64,000 bases of DNA from Gracilinanus agilis. Its lineage: Eukaryota. Location of the stretch: the NCBI RefSeq assembly GCF_016433145.1, contig NC_058131.1, positions 724,459,938-724,523,937 of the forward strand, in the 5' to 3' direction. A model generated the notes under the pieces. The model was not told the origin of the DNA. It ran no database searches and worked only from the letters and a program-made list of their open reading frames with translations. The translations under genes and the position numbers were made by a program. This document shows positions 63,530 to 64,000 of this stretch, piece after piece (the stretch's first letter is position 1; each line of letters begins with the position of its first letter).

Positions 63530-64000
63530 TATGGGGAAAAAATGAAACTCTGACAGAATGCTAATGTACTGGCAAGAGCTTATAATCTAATGGAGGAGAG
63601 AAAATGGAGCGAACTTTATTCAAACTAGCTATAAACAATTAAGAAATAATTAAGAGAAAGAAGGCACTAGAATTAAGAGGGATTGGGAGAGGCTTCTTGT
63701 AGAAGATGCGATTTTTAGCTGGGACTTGCAGGAAGCCGGGGAATTCAATAGATGGAGCAGAGGAGAGAGATCATTCCAGGCATAAGGGACAGCCAGAGAA
63801 AATCCAGGAGCCAGGAGATAAGAGTGTTTTATTCATAGAACAGCAAGGAGACTGGTGTCGCCTGAACAGTGAGTACACAAAGGGGAGAAAAATGTAAGAA
63901 GCCTGGAAAGCTCAGAGGGGGCTGGGCTACGAAGGCCTATGAATGCCCAAAACAACATTTTGCATTTGCTCCTGGAAGTGACAGAGAGCCACTGGAGGTT
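63530..64000 (-). mobile_element. L2 LINE fragment
   Basis: gagcttataatctaatggagga, gaaggcactagaattaagagggattggga-aggcttcttgtagaagatg, cctggaagtgacagagagccactggag. Confidence 0.8.

Noticed and set aside
1-64000. Rsx-like repeat lncRNA, tRNA/snRNA/rRNA genes, CRISPR array, endogenous viral element
   Set aside because: No kilobase-scale tandem array, no complete tRNA/snRNA/rRNA sequence (tRNA-like heads belong to SINEs), and no regularly spaced repeat-spacer array. The viral-looking candidate at 46 kb resolved as CR1.

Overview
Non-coding marsupial genomic DNA, most likely opossum (Monodelphis). The assignment rests on CORE-SINEs of the SINE1_Mdo and MAR1 types, marsupial L1 3' ends and an RTE LINE. 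I can support no protein-coding gene, RNA gene or CRISPR array; the ORFs with recognisable sequence are LINE remnants. The window is a mosaic of transposon fossils: L1, L2, CR1/L3, RTE, MIR/MAR1/SINE1 and at least four hAT-Charlie MITE copies. Between them lie unique blocks rich in homeodomain, FOX and PBX-HOX-like motifs, plus several CpG-rich patches, which suggests the regulatory landscape (gene desert or large intron) of an unidentified developmental gene. That interpretation is inference. Six assembly gaps are present, two inside the CpG-rich patches. The best lead is a complete 192-bp hAT MITE (23429-23620) carrying a perfect CTCF core and an inverted second CTCF-like motif, a possible transposon-spread insulator cassette. 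Other leads are a SINE>L1>MITE nest dated by intact target-site duplications (TSDs), a very old reverse-transcriptase fossil, and compact homeodomain site arrays. Boundaries are by eye unless TSDs are quoted, and no database searches were run.
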